Assembly: GCA_012521175.1 (NCBI GenBank)
Contig: JAAYMW010000036.1
Location: forward strand, 1-60,653
From: Candidatus Epulonipiscium sp.
Lineage (GTDB): Bacteria; Bacillota; Clostridia; Lachnospirales; Defluviitaleaceae
Length of the DNA stretch: 60,653 bases
Direction of reading: 5' to 3'
A model generated the notes under the pieces. It had not been told where the DNA came from and ran no database searches. It saw only the letters and a list, made by a program, of their open reading frames with translations. Both the position numbers and the translations under genes were made by a program. Positions 21,230-30,378 of this stretch are shown in pieces. The number at the start of each line of letters is the position of its first letter. Position 1 is the stretch's first letter.

Positions 21230-21817
21230 ATGTTAGATAATGAAAGAGTAATGGAGATTTTTAAAGAAACAGAAGTACTTTTAGAAGGACATTTTCTTTT
21301 AACCTCGGGAAGACACAGCAGCCAATACATGCAGTGTGCCAAAATCTTGCAATACCCCAATTATGCAGAGGAACTGGCCAAGGGACTGGCAGAGGAATTT
21401 AAAGAGGATAATATTGATATGGTTGTAGGACCTGCTATGGGAGGCATCATTATAGCCTATGAATTGGCAAGACAGTTAAATGCTAAGAATTTATTTACAG
21501 AAAGAGAAAACGGCAAAATGACTTTAAGAAGAGGCTTTACGATTCCTAAAGGGGCGAAAGTTTTGGTGGCAGAAGATGTGATTACAACCGGGGGATCGGT
21601 GTTTGAAGTGATGGACATTATAAAAGAACAAGGTGGAGAGGTAGCAGGAGTCGCTGTATTGGTCGATCGAAGCAATGGAACGATTGATTTTGGCACTAAG
21701 CTTCGGGCAGCATTAACCGTCAATGTCGTATCCTATGAAGCGGAAGAATGCCCTATTTGTAAAGAAAGAAAAATTCCGGTTATAAAACCCGGAAGTCGCA
21801 AAATCAATCAAAAATAA
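21230..21817 (+). CDS. pyrE: Orotate phosphoribosyltransferase
   Basis: GHFLLTSGRHS and the PRPP-binding motif VAEDVITTGGS. Confidence 0.96.
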   Translation: MLDNERVMEIFKETEVLLEGHFLLTSGRHSSQYMQCAKILQYPNYAEELAKGLAEEFKEDNIDMVVGPAMGGIIIAYELARQLNAKNLFTERENGKMTLRRGFTIPKGAKVLVAEDVITTGGSVFEVMDIIKEQGGEVAGVAVLVDRSNGTIDFGTKLRAALTVNVVSYEAEECPICKERKIPVIKPGSRKINQK

Positions 21818-21919
21818 AAATAAATAAAATTTTAGTAATAGTCTTCCATTTTGCCTTAAAATCAATTATAGTTATATTAGAATGATGTGATTATTATTGG
21901 TTGAAGGCAGGTTATTGTT

Positions 21920-23317
21920 ATGAATTATTGGGAGGATCTTACGCATACTCGCAATAAGTTGGTAGTCAAACTACTATGGGGGTTTTATTTAAGTGCAGCC
22001 ATTGTGGTAACAATCCATTTGGGTGAGTACATGACACATCACATTATCGGTCTCGCTTTATGCCTTATCGCAACCTTTGCCGTCTACAGAAAGAAGAATA
22101 TTATTTTTACCATGTACCTTATTATTAGCATTATGTTTGTGTACTTTTTAGCTTTGCTGGAACTTAGCCCTAATTTTGTAAATGTTATTTTTGTTTGGCT
22201 GACGCTTATTCTTAGCTCTTTATACCAACAGTATAGGATTATTATGCTGTCGGGAGTTTATTCAGCGGGGATTACGGTTTATTCTTTTGCATTGCATGGT
22301 ACCGAGCTTATAAACAACTTTCAACATACTGACATGATTTATCTTGTACTTTTTGGGGCATTTATGACAGTGTATTTTCTCTTTTATACAAAATTTACGA
22401 GAGATTTATGGGTAAAGGAAAGGGAAAACGACAGACATTTAAAAAATATACTGGATAGTGTCAATGTGGTTACTTTGAGTTTTGACGTAAACAAAAAGAA
22501 AATGTCTTTTTCTCATGGCATTACTCAACTCACTGAATATAGTCCGGAGGATTTTGAAGAGAATCCGAAATTATGGAAAGAAATAATTCATCCTAAAGAT
22601 TTTAAAGCCCTAGCAAAAAATTATAAAGATTTTTATAAGGGAGAATCGAAGGTCTTTGATATTCGAATTACTACCAGATCAAAGAAAGAAAAATGGCTGC
22701 AGCTTAGAGTGATACCGGTTTTAGACAGCAATAAAAAGGTGATACAAATCAATGGCGTTGCTATTGATATAACAGAAAGAAGATGCATGGAAGAAAAAAT
22801 CAAATATATGGCTTACCATGACATATTGACAGAGCTTCCCAATCGAATTCAATTTAATGACTATTTTATAAAGACTCTATCCGAGGCAAAGAGTGAAAAA
22901 CAGCAGATGGCTATTTTATTTATTGATTTAGATAAATTTAAAACAATTAATGATACTTTAGGCCATGATATCGGAGATCTTCTCTTAAAAGAAACAGCAA
23001 AACGATTAAAAGCTTCTTTAAGGGAAACGGATTTTGTATGTCGCGTTGGAGGAGACGAATTTATCATACTCTTAAATAATATTACAAATAACGAAGTCAA
23101 TAAATTGGCACAAAGAATTGTTGATGCATTTAAGGATGAATTTGTTCTTCGGGGGAATACGCTCTGTGTAACACCAAGTATTGGTATTAGTATTTATCCA
23201 AATCATGGTCATGATATCGAAACCTTAATTAAAAAAGCAGATGATGCCATGTATCTTGCAAAGAAAAAAGGGAAAAATAATTATCAGTTTTATAGTCCAA
23301 TGCTAAAAGATGCATAA
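21920..23317 (+). CDS. Membrane-anchored PAS-GGDEF diguanylate cyclase
   Basis: N-terminal TM bundle, PAS (WKEIIHPKD), intact GGDEF and an RxxD I-site (RETD). Confidence 0.92.
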   Translation: MNYWEDLTHTRNKLVVKLLWGFYLSAAIVVTIHLGEYMTHHIIGLALCLIATFAVYRKKNIIFTMYLIISIMFVYFLALLELSPNFVNVIFVWLTLILSSLYQQYRIIMLSGVYSAGITVYSFALHGTELINNFQHTDMIYLVLFGAFMTVYFLFYTKFTRDLWVKERENDRHLKNILDSVNVVTLSFDVNKKKMSFSHGITQLTEYSPEDFEENPKLWKEIIHPKDFKALAKNYKDFYKGESKVFDIRITTRSKKEKWLQLRVIPVLDSNKKVIQINGVAIDITERRCMEEKIKYMAYHDILTELPNRIQFNDYFIKTLSEAKSEKQQMAILFIDLDKFKTINDTLGHDIGDLLLKETAKRLKASLRETDFVCRVGGDEFIILLNNITNNEVNKLAQRIVDAFKDEFVLRGNTLCVTPSIGISIYPNHGHDIETLIKKADDAMYLAKKKGKNNYQFYSPMLKDA

Positions 23318-23321
23318 TCTG

Positions 23322-23359
23322 AAAAAAGCCTCTTTATTAAAGTATAAAGAGGTTTTTTT
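23322..23359 (+). terminator. Intrinsic terminator
   Basis: AAAAAAGCCTCTTTA / TAAAGAGGTTTTTTT stem. Confidence 0.7.
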
Positions 23360-23399
23360 GGCATATAGTTATATCAAAACAGAAAAAGAAGGAAGCAAT

Positions 23400-24119
23400 A
23401 TGAAAGGGTTTTTTGGAGTACAGAATCAAGGAAACGCGTTTAGGGCATTTTCATATCCTCATATGAGCGTTATTCTTATTGTATTCTTAGTTTCTATTTT
23501 GATTTATAGATTTAGAGAACAGCTAAGGGAAAATAAAATCAATCGATTTATCAGATATGCAATGGGAACGATTCTATTCATTCAGCAGAGTCTATTATAT
23601 CTTTGGTACCATGTAAACGGCTTATGGTCTATAGCAGTATCTCTTCCCCTTAATTTATGTGAAGCGGCAGTGATACTTTGCATTGTATTATTATTGACAC
23701 AGTCTAAGAGAGTATATGAGGTTCTGTATTTTTGGGCTATGTGCGGTGTGTTCTCGGCAATCATTACTCCCGATTTGGGATATAATTTTCCTCATTTTAT
23801 GTTCTATCACTTTTTTATTACCCATGGACTGGTTGTTATAGCTGTTTTATTTATGACTTTTGTAAATGGATACAGACCTCAGAAAAGTTCGATTGGAAGA
23901 GTACTGATTATAACGAATCTATATATGATTTTTGTTGCCTTTGTAAATATTTTTACCGGGGGAAACTATCTTTTTCTTCGTCAAAAACCCAGTGCGTTTT
24001 CGATTATGGATTATTTAGGTCCCTGGCCCTGGTATATCCTTTCTCTGGAAGGAGTGGCTCTGGTTGCATTTATATTAGCCTATCTGCCATTCAGGAAAGA
24101 GTTTCACAAGCATACGTAA
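23400..24119 (+). CDS. YwaF/TIGR02206-like integral membrane protein
   Basis: FSYPH, LPLNLC, ITPDL..FPHF..FFITH, NYLFL..KP and LGPWPWYI motifs. Start moved to ATG 23400 (GAAGGAAG RBS). Confidence 0.8.
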   Translation: MKGFFGVQNQGNAFRAFSYPHMSVILIVFLVSILIYRFREQLRENKINRFIRYAMGTILFIQQSLLYLWYHVNGLWSIAVSLPLNLCEAAVILCIVLLLTQSKRVYEVLYFWAMCGVFSAIITPDLGYNFPHFMFYHFFITHGLVVIAVLFMTFVNGYRPQKSSIGRVLIITNLYMIFVAFVNIFTGGNYLFLRQKPSAFSIMDYLGPWPWYILSLEGVALVAFILAYLPFRKEFHKHT

Positions 24120-24210
24120 TAATTACACAGAAATTCGGAGGAATTTCCTATGTAACAAGGAAGAGTTTCGCTTGTGAAACTCTCGTGCCGAGCGGGGTCG
24201 GCAAACCTGA
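24098..24210 (-). repeat. Modular hairpin repeat, copy 1 (reverse orientation, permuted order D-E-F-A)
   Basis: The minus strand reads TTTGCCGACCCCGCTCGGCACGAGAGTTTCACAAGCGAAACTCTT, then TTACATAGGAAATTCCTCCGAATTTC, matching modules of the copies at 35117 and 53470. Confidence 0.88.
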
Positions 24211-25083
24211 TTAACGGGCACCGTCGCTGGTTAAAAGAGTTTTATACATTTCCGGTCTTCTGTCTCTGAATATCCCCCATGTAATGCGCTGATTGCTTAA
24301 TTCATCCAAATCAAATTCTGCAGTCAGAATGGTTTTTGTGGAGCGGTCTGCTTCGGCAATTTTTTCACCAAAGCCGTTAGTAATAAAGGATGAACCATAA
24401 AAGGTAATGCTGGAGCCTTCAAAGATTTCCGTTCCTATTCTGTTAGATGCCACCACAGGCATCATATTAGCGGCAGAATGGCCTTGCATAGTAAGCTGCC
24501 AGTGGTTTTTGGAATCATACCCTGGATTTTTGGGTTCCGAACCAATGGCCGTGGGATAAAATAAAATTTCAGCACCCATCAGTGCCATAGAACGGGCTGC
24601 TTCAGGGAACCATTGATCCCAACAAATGCCGATTCCTATGGTACCGAACTTTGTATGCCAAACTTTAAAACCTGTATCTCCCGGGGTAAAATAGAATTTT
24701 TCTTCATATCCCGGTCCATCGGGGATATGGGTTTTTCTATAAATTCCAAGAATTTTCCCGTCAGCGTCAATTACTGCCACTGAGTTATAGTGTGCATTAT
24801 TTTTTCTTTCAAAAAAGCTGATAGGAAGTACTACATTTAATTCCTTTGCAATGGATGAAAAATGGGAAATTGCCTTATTGGCAGATACTTCAGAGGCGAG
24901 AGCAAAGTATTCCGGTTTTTCTTCCTGGCAAAAATACAGGGTTTCGAATAATTCTTGTAGAAGAATGATATTCGCTCCTTTTGAGGCTGCTTCTCTTACC
25001 AGCTTTTCAGCATTTTTGATATTCTCATCTATATTCTTGCTGCATTGCATTTGAGTTGCAGCTACGCTTACTTTTCGCATCAA
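24211..25083 (-). CDS. aguB: N-carbamoylputrescine amidase
   Basis: Nitrilase triad contexts LQELF, YRKTHIPDGPGYEEKFYF and GICWDQWFPE; downstream of aguA. Confidence 0.95.
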   Translation of the reverse strand: MMRKVSVAATQMQCSKNIDENIKNAEKLVREAASKGANIILLQELFETLYFCQEEKPEYFALASEVSANKAISHFSSIAKELNVVLPISFFERKNNAHYNSVAVIDADGKILGIYRKTHIPDGPGYEEKFYFTPGDTGFKVWHTKFGTIGIGICWDQWFPEAARSMALMGAEILFYPTAIGSEPKNPGYDSKNHWQLTMQGHSAANMMPVVASNRIGTEIFEGSSITFYGSSFITNGFGEKIAEADRSTKTILTAEFDLDELSNQRITWGIFRDRRPEMYKTLLTSDGAR

Positions 25084-26135
25084 ATCACCTCTTTCATATT
25101 CATAGAAGGCCTACCTAAAGGCATCTGCTGAGTGATGCAGTGAATATTCCCCCCACCTCTGACAATGGGAAGACCATCTACTGGGACGATTTCTCTGTTA
25201 GGGAATACATTCTGCAATATATTTAAGGCATTTTCATCTGCTTTTTGACAAATACCTCCGAACACCGGTATAACAAGTCCACCGTTGGTAAAATAAAAAT
25301 TAATATAACTAAGGGATAGCCTTCTGCCTTCTTCATACATTGTAGGAGGTTGTTCGATTTCAATGATTTCAAAGGAGCGCCCTTTTGCATCTGTCGAATG
25401 TTTTAGTATCTCTATGTTTTCCTTTGAAATTTCATAATTAGGATCTGATGGGTCTGAGCAGGTTTGAATCAGTATGATTCCCGGTTTTGCAAAACAAGCG
25501 ATATTATCTACATGACCGTCCGTCTCATCTCCATATAGTCCTTTTTTCAACCAGATGATTTTTTCCACATTTAAATAATTCATCAAAATCTCTTCTATAT
25601 CTTCTTTTGACAAATGGGGATTTCTATTAGGATTTAATAGACATTCTTCCGTTGTAAGCAATGTCCCTTCGCCATCTACATGAATGGAGCCCCCTTCTAA
25701 AACAATTGGTGCGTCGAAGCAAGGAATATTTAATGTGTTTAAAAGATTAGAAGCGACTTTATTATCATTTTCAAAAGGAAAATATTTTTCTCCCCAGGCA
25801 TTAAACTTCCAATTAACACCAGATAATTCTCCTTTTTCATTCACAAGAAAGGTTGGACCATTATCCCGCATCCAGGAATCGTCGTGGGGAATTTCTAACA
25901 ATTGAACATCAGGGCCGCAGTAATGGGCTGCCTGAAACTTTGCACCTTCATTAACGATCATAACCACAGGTTCGAATTTTGCTATTGCCTTAGCAACATC
26001 CCCATAGGCTTTATAGGTTTCTGTAAGATGCTCTTGCCAGATTTCTTTCCTTTCCGGCCATTCTAAAAACGTACAGGCATGAGCATTCCATTCCGGAGGC
26101 ATTGTATAGTGGAATAATTTGGGTATTTTATTCAT
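25080..26135 (-). CDS. aguA: Agmatine deiminase
   Basis: MPPEW, DDSWMRD, FNAWG, EGGSIHVDGEG, TDGHVD and GGGNIHCITQQ motifs. Start moved to ATG 26135 (GAAGGGAG RBS). Confidence 0.95.
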   Translation of the reverse strand: MNKIPKLFHYTMPPEWNAHACTFLEWPERKEIWQEHLTETYKAYGDVAKAIAKFEPVVMIVNEGAKFQAAHYCGPDVQLLEIPHDDSWMRDNGPTFLVNEKGELSGVNWKFNAWGEKYFPFENDNKVASNLLNTLNIPCFDAPIVLEGGSIHVDGEGTLLTTEECLLNPNRNPHLSKEDIEEILMNYLNVEKIIWLKKGLYGDETDGHVDNIACFAKPGIILIQTCSDPSDPNYEISKENIEILKHSTDAKGRSFEIIEIEQPPTMYEEGRRLSLSYINFYFTNGGLVIPVFGGICQKADENALNILQNVFPNREIVPVDGLPIVRGGGNIHCITQQMPLGRPSMNMKEVI

Positions 26136-26166
26136 CTGAAAGGCTCCCTTCAACTGGAAAAATCGC

Positions 26167-26289
26167 AAAGAAGAAGTCTATCGCTTCAAAGCAATAGACT
26201 TATGAAAACTCGAATTCAAAGACCTTATTCAACTCCATATCATACTGAAAAGATGGATTCATTATAGATAAAAATGCTTACAGAGTCAA
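26167..26289 (-). promoter_or_regulatory. SigA promoter plus 5' leader containing an intrinsic terminator upstream of aguA
   Basis: Minus strand: TTGACT(26289)-N17-TATAAT(26266), then the hairpin AAGTCTATTGC/GCGATAGACTT followed by CTTCTTT (26201-26167). Confidence 0.7.
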
Positions 26290-26408
26290 TATAAAAAAAC
26301 TGGTGAAATATAAATTTTTTAAAGATATATTTTACTATTTGTGATATATTTATTTTATGATAAAATGCCTATTAATATAGAGGATTTACTTAAAATGGAG
26401 GTAGAGAT

Positions 26409-27065
26409 ATGCAGACGTTTAAGGATTTGACACCTAAAAAAAAGCTGGAACATGTTTTATATTATTATAAATGGCATATGATCGTGGGAGTATGTCTTCT
26501 TTTTCTTGCTATCAATTTAATCGTGACGATTGCTCAAAGAGATAAAAATATTCCTTTGTTTATACTTTCCGTTCAGGGGATTCCGAAGGATTATGATAAA
26601 ATTGAAGTTTGGGAAGAGGAAGTTACCAATAAAATTGCAGAACCTGACACCAAGCAAAAAGTGAGGGTGGATTATTACCCTATTCGTTTAGATAGTCAAG
26701 ATCAAATTTCTGTTGCGAACACTCAGAAATTTGCAGTATTGTTGGCGGCAGGGGATTTGGATGTGGTATGTCTGGACGAAGAATTATTTCTCACACAAGC
26801 TGCTATGGGATTTTACCACCCTTTGGATGAGTTGCCTGAGTTATCTGCTGTTTTAGATAAAATAGAACCCAGAGCCATAAGATTAAAAACAGAAGCTGAT
26901 ACCAATGAACATATATATGGGATTTGGGCAGATGGTTTAGAAATCATGAAAAAACTCGATGAAAGTACTGAAGGGAAAATAATAGGGATAGTAAAGACTA
27001 CAAAAAGGTTATCCTACAGTACTGATTTTATTCAATTGGTTCTTGAGAATGAGGGGGGAATTTAA
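26409..27065 (+). CDS. Hypothetical membrane-anchored extracytoplasmic protein
   Basis: KKLEHVLYYYKWH followed by one TM helix. The AAGDLDVV..D and PLDEL segments recall solute-binding-protein-like folds. GGAGG RBS. Confidence 0.6.
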   Translation: MQTFKDLTPKKKLEHVLYYYKWHMIVGVCLLFLAINLIVTIAQRDKNIPLFILSVQGIPKDYDKIEVWEEEVTNKIAEPDTKQKVRVDYYPIRLDSQDQISVANTQKFAVLLAAGDLDVVCLDEELFLTQAAMGFYHPLDELPELSAVLDKIEPRAIRLKTEADTNEHIYGIWADGLEIMKKLDESTEGKIIGIVKTTKRLSYSTDFIQLVLENEGGI

Positions 27066-27523
27066 TGAAGTGCAAAGTATTTAGGCTTAGAGTCGTGGGA
27101 GAACATCAGGGCGAAGATGAAGACCATTTAAACCAGTTTTTAGAAGAGGTAAAAGTGCATCAAGTTCAATCGACTTTTATTGGCGACGGACAAAATTACT
27201 GGTCCATTCTGGTTTATTATGATGAAATCCTACAAGAACCTGTTAAGGACTCCGTGAACTCTGCTTTAAATCAAGAAATTCCTCTTAATTCTGCACAGAA
27301 GAAATTATACGATATCCTTATTAAATGGAGGGATACCCAGGCAGAGTATGAAAATTTACCTGCTTATGTGGTGTGTTACAATCAATGGATTCGTGAAATG
27401 GTCACCATGCCTGTAACAACACTGGATGATTTAAGAAAAATTAAGGGTTTTGGAGAAAGGCGTATTAAAAAATATGGAGATCAGATACTAAAAATAATGG
27501 AAGTCTATCAGAAGATAGGTTAA
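27065..27523 (+). CDS. Stand-alone HRDC-domain protein
   Basis: LYDILIKWR..QAE.ENLPAYVV...L.KIKGFGERRIKKYG HRDC signature with a small N-terminal domain. Confidence 0.85.
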   Translation: MKCKVFRLRVVGEHQGEDEDHLNQFLEEVKVHQVQSTFIGDGQNYWSILVYYDEILQEPVKDSVNSALNQEIPLNSAQKKLYDILIKWRDTQAEYENLPAYVVCYNQWIREMVTMPVTTLDDLRKIKGFGERRIKKYGDQILKIMEVYQKIG

Positions 27524-27569
27524 ATGAAATTCTAAAATGTAAACATATTAAGTATAGAGGTGGCAAAAG

Positions 27570-28739
27570 ATGACAGTAAATTTATTAAAGCAAAAGCTCG
27601 GGATTATTGGTGGAGGACAATTAGGTAAGATGATGATTTTAGAGGCTAAAAAAATGGGGTTTAATGTGATTATCCTGGACCCTACCGTTAATTGTCCTGC
27701 ACATAGTATAGCAGATGAACATATTGTAGCGAATTTTGATGATACGATTGCCATAAGAAAATTAGCTGACAGAGCGGACATCATCACTTATGAATTTGAA
27801 CATATAGATGTAGAGGTGCTCAAAATTTTAGAAGAAGAGGGACATAAAATTTATCCTACCCCTAAAAGTCTTGAGATTATTCAAAACAAATATGAGCAAA
27901 AGATGCTTCTAAAGAAGAAAAGAATTCCTGTTCCCGAATTTATATATGTTTCCGATGAAGAAGATATGAAGGCAGCAGGAGAACAATTTGGCTATCCCTT
28001 TATACTAAAAAGTTGTAGGGGAGGCTATGACGGAAAAGGAAATGTGGTTGTACACAGTCCAGAGGAAATCCAAACGGCATTTGATAGTCTTGGAGGTTAT
28101 GAACAAGAATTAATGGCAGAAGAATTTGTGCCTTTTATAAAGGAGATTTCTGTTTTGGCGTGTAGGGGAATAGGCGGAGAAATAGCGGTTTATCCCGTTG
28201 GTGAAAACGAACATGAAGACAATATACTCATTCAGACCAAAGTACCGGCTCAAATTACAAAAACCCTTACAGCTAAGGCCATGAGTCTTGCCAACAGGGT
28301 GATGAAAGTATTTGAGGGCGTGGGTATGTTTTGCGTTGAAATGTTTGTAACAGAAGATAAAAAAATACTGATTAATGAAGTGGCTCCAAGACCCCATAAT
28401 TCAGGGCATTATTCGATTGAGGGCTGTGTGACCTCTCAGTTTGAGCAGCATATTAGAGCAATTAGTGGCCTTCCTTTAGGAGATACCACTCTTATTCGTC
28501 CTACGGTGATGAGAAATATTTTAGGCGATGTTGAAGGAAGTGGAGAAGCATTTGTCTATGGTGCGGAGGAAGCTCTTAAAGTTCCCGGGGTGAAGCTTCA
28601 TGTTTATGGAAAAGCAATTGTTGCCCCTAAGAGGAAAATGGGACATCTGACAGCAACAGCTGAAACTTTGGAAGAAGCTTTAGAAAGAGCAGAAATGGCA
28701 GCAAAATTTATAAAAATTAGTCCAAGAAAGGAAAGTTAA
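27570..28739 (+). CDS. purK: N5-CAIR synthetase
   Basis: GIIGGGQLGKM, TYEFEH, GGYDGKG, NEVAPRPHNSGH and RKMGH motifs. Confidence 0.96.
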   Translation: MTVNLLKQKLGIIGGGQLGKMMILEAKKMGFNVIILDPTVNCPAHSIADEHIVANFDDTIAIRKLADRADIITYEFEHIDVEVLKILEEEGHKIYPTPKSLEIIQNKYEQKMLLKKKRIPVPEFIYVSDEEDMKAAGEQFGYPFILKSCRGGYDGKGNVVVHSPEEIQTAFDSLGGYEQELMAEEFVPFIKEISVLACRGIGGEIAVYPVGENEHEDNILIQTKVPAQITKTLTAKAMSLANRVMKVFEGVGMFCVEMFVTEDKKILINEVAPRPHNSGHYSIEGCVTSQFEQHIRAISGLPLGDTTLIRPTVMRNILGDVEGSGEAFVYGAEEALKVPGVKLHVYGKAIVAPKRKMGHLTATAETLEEALERAEMAAKFIKISPRKES

Positions 28740-28742
28740 AAA

Positions 28743-29264
28743 ATGAAGGCACAAGTAGGAATTATTATGGGAAGTGATTCCGACCTTCCAGTGATGAAAG
28801 AAGCAGCGGTTATTCTGGATGAATTCGGAATATCTTATGAATTGACGATTGTATCGGCTCACAGAACACCTGAGCGTTTATTTCAATATGCAAAAGAAGC
28901 TAAAGAAAAAGGACTAAAGGTAATTATTGCAGGGGCAGGGGGAGCAGCGCACCTTCCTGGAATGGTTGCTTCTATTACTACTGTTCCGGTTATTGGAGTT
29001 CCGGTTAAAACCTCTACCCTAAGCGGAATGGATTCTCTTTATTCCATCGTTCAAATGCCCCCGGGAATTCCGGTTGCCACAGTAGCCATTAACGGAGCAA
29101 AAAATGCGGGGATCTTAGCAGCTCAAATTATTGGAAGTTTTATCCCCGAAGTTGAAAAGAAGATAGCAGATTATAAGATGAGTCTGAAAAACATGGTAGA
29201 AGAAAAAGCGGAAGCGTTAGAGAAAATAGGATATAGTGCTTATTTGAATCAAAAGAATCCTTAA
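28743..29264 (+). CDS. purE: N5-CAIR mutase
   Basis: [23 protein letters not shown] and [12 protein letters not shown] motifs. Confidence 0.97.
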   Translation: MKAQVGIIMGSDSDLPVMKEAAVILDEFGISYELTIVSAHRTPERLFQYAKEAKEKGLKVIIAGAGGAAHLPGMVASITTVPVIGVPVKTSTLSGMDSLYSIVQMPPGIPVATVAINGAKNAGILAAQIIGSFIPEVEKKIADYKMSLKNMVEEKAEALEKIGYSAYLNQKNP

Positions 29265-29340
29265 AAAACGAACATTAAATAATAAAATAAAAAAAAGATT
29301 CGATATTTCTATTGACAGCTTTTCTTTGCTGTGGTACATA
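29265..29340 (+). promoter_or_regulatory. pur promoter region with PurR-type (PurBox) motifs
   Basis: AAAACGAACATT (29265-29276), an inverted weaker box near 29296-29307, TTGACA at 29312 and an imperfect -10 (TG-G-TACATA). Confidence 0.6.
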
Positions 29341-29353
29341 TATAAATATAAAA

Positions 29354-29425
29354 TACTCATATATGCTTAATAATATGGTTTAAGCGTCTCTACCAGGGAA
29401 CCGTAAATTTCCTGACTATGGGTGA
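29354..29425 (+). ncRNA. Purine (guanine-sensing) riboswitch aptamer
   Basis: P1 ACTCATA/TATGGGT, loop TAATATGG, TCTACC, loop CCGTAAA and the GAC-TA junction with discriminator C; upstream of purC. Confidence 0.95.
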
Positions 29426-29498
29426 ATATGTCTAAGATAATGTTCGTATTTTACGGTATTGTTATGCCTTTTTTGGGGAACAATACATGCAATCATTG

Positions 29499-29534
29499 GA
29501 CAGATTTCATGCATATGGAATCTGTCTTTTTTTT
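29499..29534 (+). terminator. Riboswitch expression-platform terminator
   Basis: GACAGATTTCAT/ATGGAATCTGTC stem followed by T8. Confidence 0.85.
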
Positions 29535-29616
29535 ATTACATAGGAAATTCTTTTGGATTTCCTATGTAATAAAAAGCCCTCCGGGCAAAATGTACATTTG
29601 CGTATATTGTATTTTG
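29531..29616 (+). repeat. Modular hairpin repeat, copy 2 (modules A-B-C)
   Basis: TTTTATTACATAGGAAATT..ATTTCCTATGTAATAAAA, GCCCTCCGGGC and ..ATTGTATTTTG. Confidence 0.9.
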
Positions 29617-29649
29617 AAGAAGAAATCATATCCTTAAGGGGGATGCACA

Positions 29650-30360
29650 ATGAAAAAATTAGATTTACTGTACGAGGGAAAAGCAAAAAAGGTTTACAAA
29701 ACAGAAGACGAAAATTTATATATTGTTTCTTATAAAGATGATGCAACGGCTTTTAATGGTTTAAAGAAAGGGACTATCACTGAAAAAGGAAGCATTAATA
29801 ATCGCGTATCCAACCATTTAATGAAGCTTTTAGAATCCAAAGGCATTCCAACCCATCTGGTAGAGCAAATTAATGACCGGGAAACCATTGTAAAAAAGGT
29901 GGAAATTGTTCCTTTAGAAGTTATTGTCAGAAATATTGCAGCAGGAAGCTTGGCTAAACGATTAGGCTTAGAAGAAGGCACAAAACTTAGAAGAACGGTT
30001 CTGGAGTACTGCTATAAAAATGATGATTTAGGAGATCCTATGGTCAATGAATACCACATCTTAGCCCTTGATCTGGCTAAAGAAGAAGAGCTTAACAGAA
30101 TTGCCGAACTTTCTTTTAAAATTAACGAAGTTTTAACGGATTATTTAAGAGAAGTGAATATTGAACTTATTGATTTTAAGTTGGAATTTGGAAGAACGCC
30201 TCAAGGGGAAATTATTCTTGCTGATGAAATTTCTCCAGATACCTGTCGATTCTGGGACAGCCATACAAAAGAAAAATTAGATAAAGACCGTTTCAGAAGA
30301 GATTTAGGGAATGTTGAAGGGGCTTATCAGGAAATTTTAAGACGTCTTATAGGTGAATAA
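29650..30360 (+). CDS. purC: SAICAR synthetase
   Basis: [25 protein letters not shown] and [14 protein letters not shown] motifs. Confidence 0.97.
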   Translation: MKKLDLLYEGKAKKVYKTEDENLYIVSYKDDATAFNGLKKGTITEKGSINNRVSNHLMKLLESKGIPTHLVEQINDRETIVKKVEIVPLEVIVRNIAAGSLAKRLGLEEGTKLRRTVLEYCYKNDDLGDPMVNEYHILALDLAKEEELNRIAELSFKINEVLTDYLREVNIELIDFKLEFGRTPQGEIILADEISPDTCRFWDSHTKEKLDKDRFRRDLGNVEGAYQEILRRLIGE

Positions 30361-30378
30361 CATATCGAAAGGAGTTTG

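Noticed and set aside
23310-23399. N-terminal extension of the YwaF-like ORF (likewise the longer starts given for 11302, 26168, 31739, 55825 and 58853)
   Set aside because: The extensions overlap terminators, leaders or upstream genes, and downstream ATGs have better RBSs.
26409-27523. Diversity-generating retroelement suggested by the HRDC gene
   Set aside because: No reverse transcriptase, avd gene or template/variable repeat pair was seen in the window.
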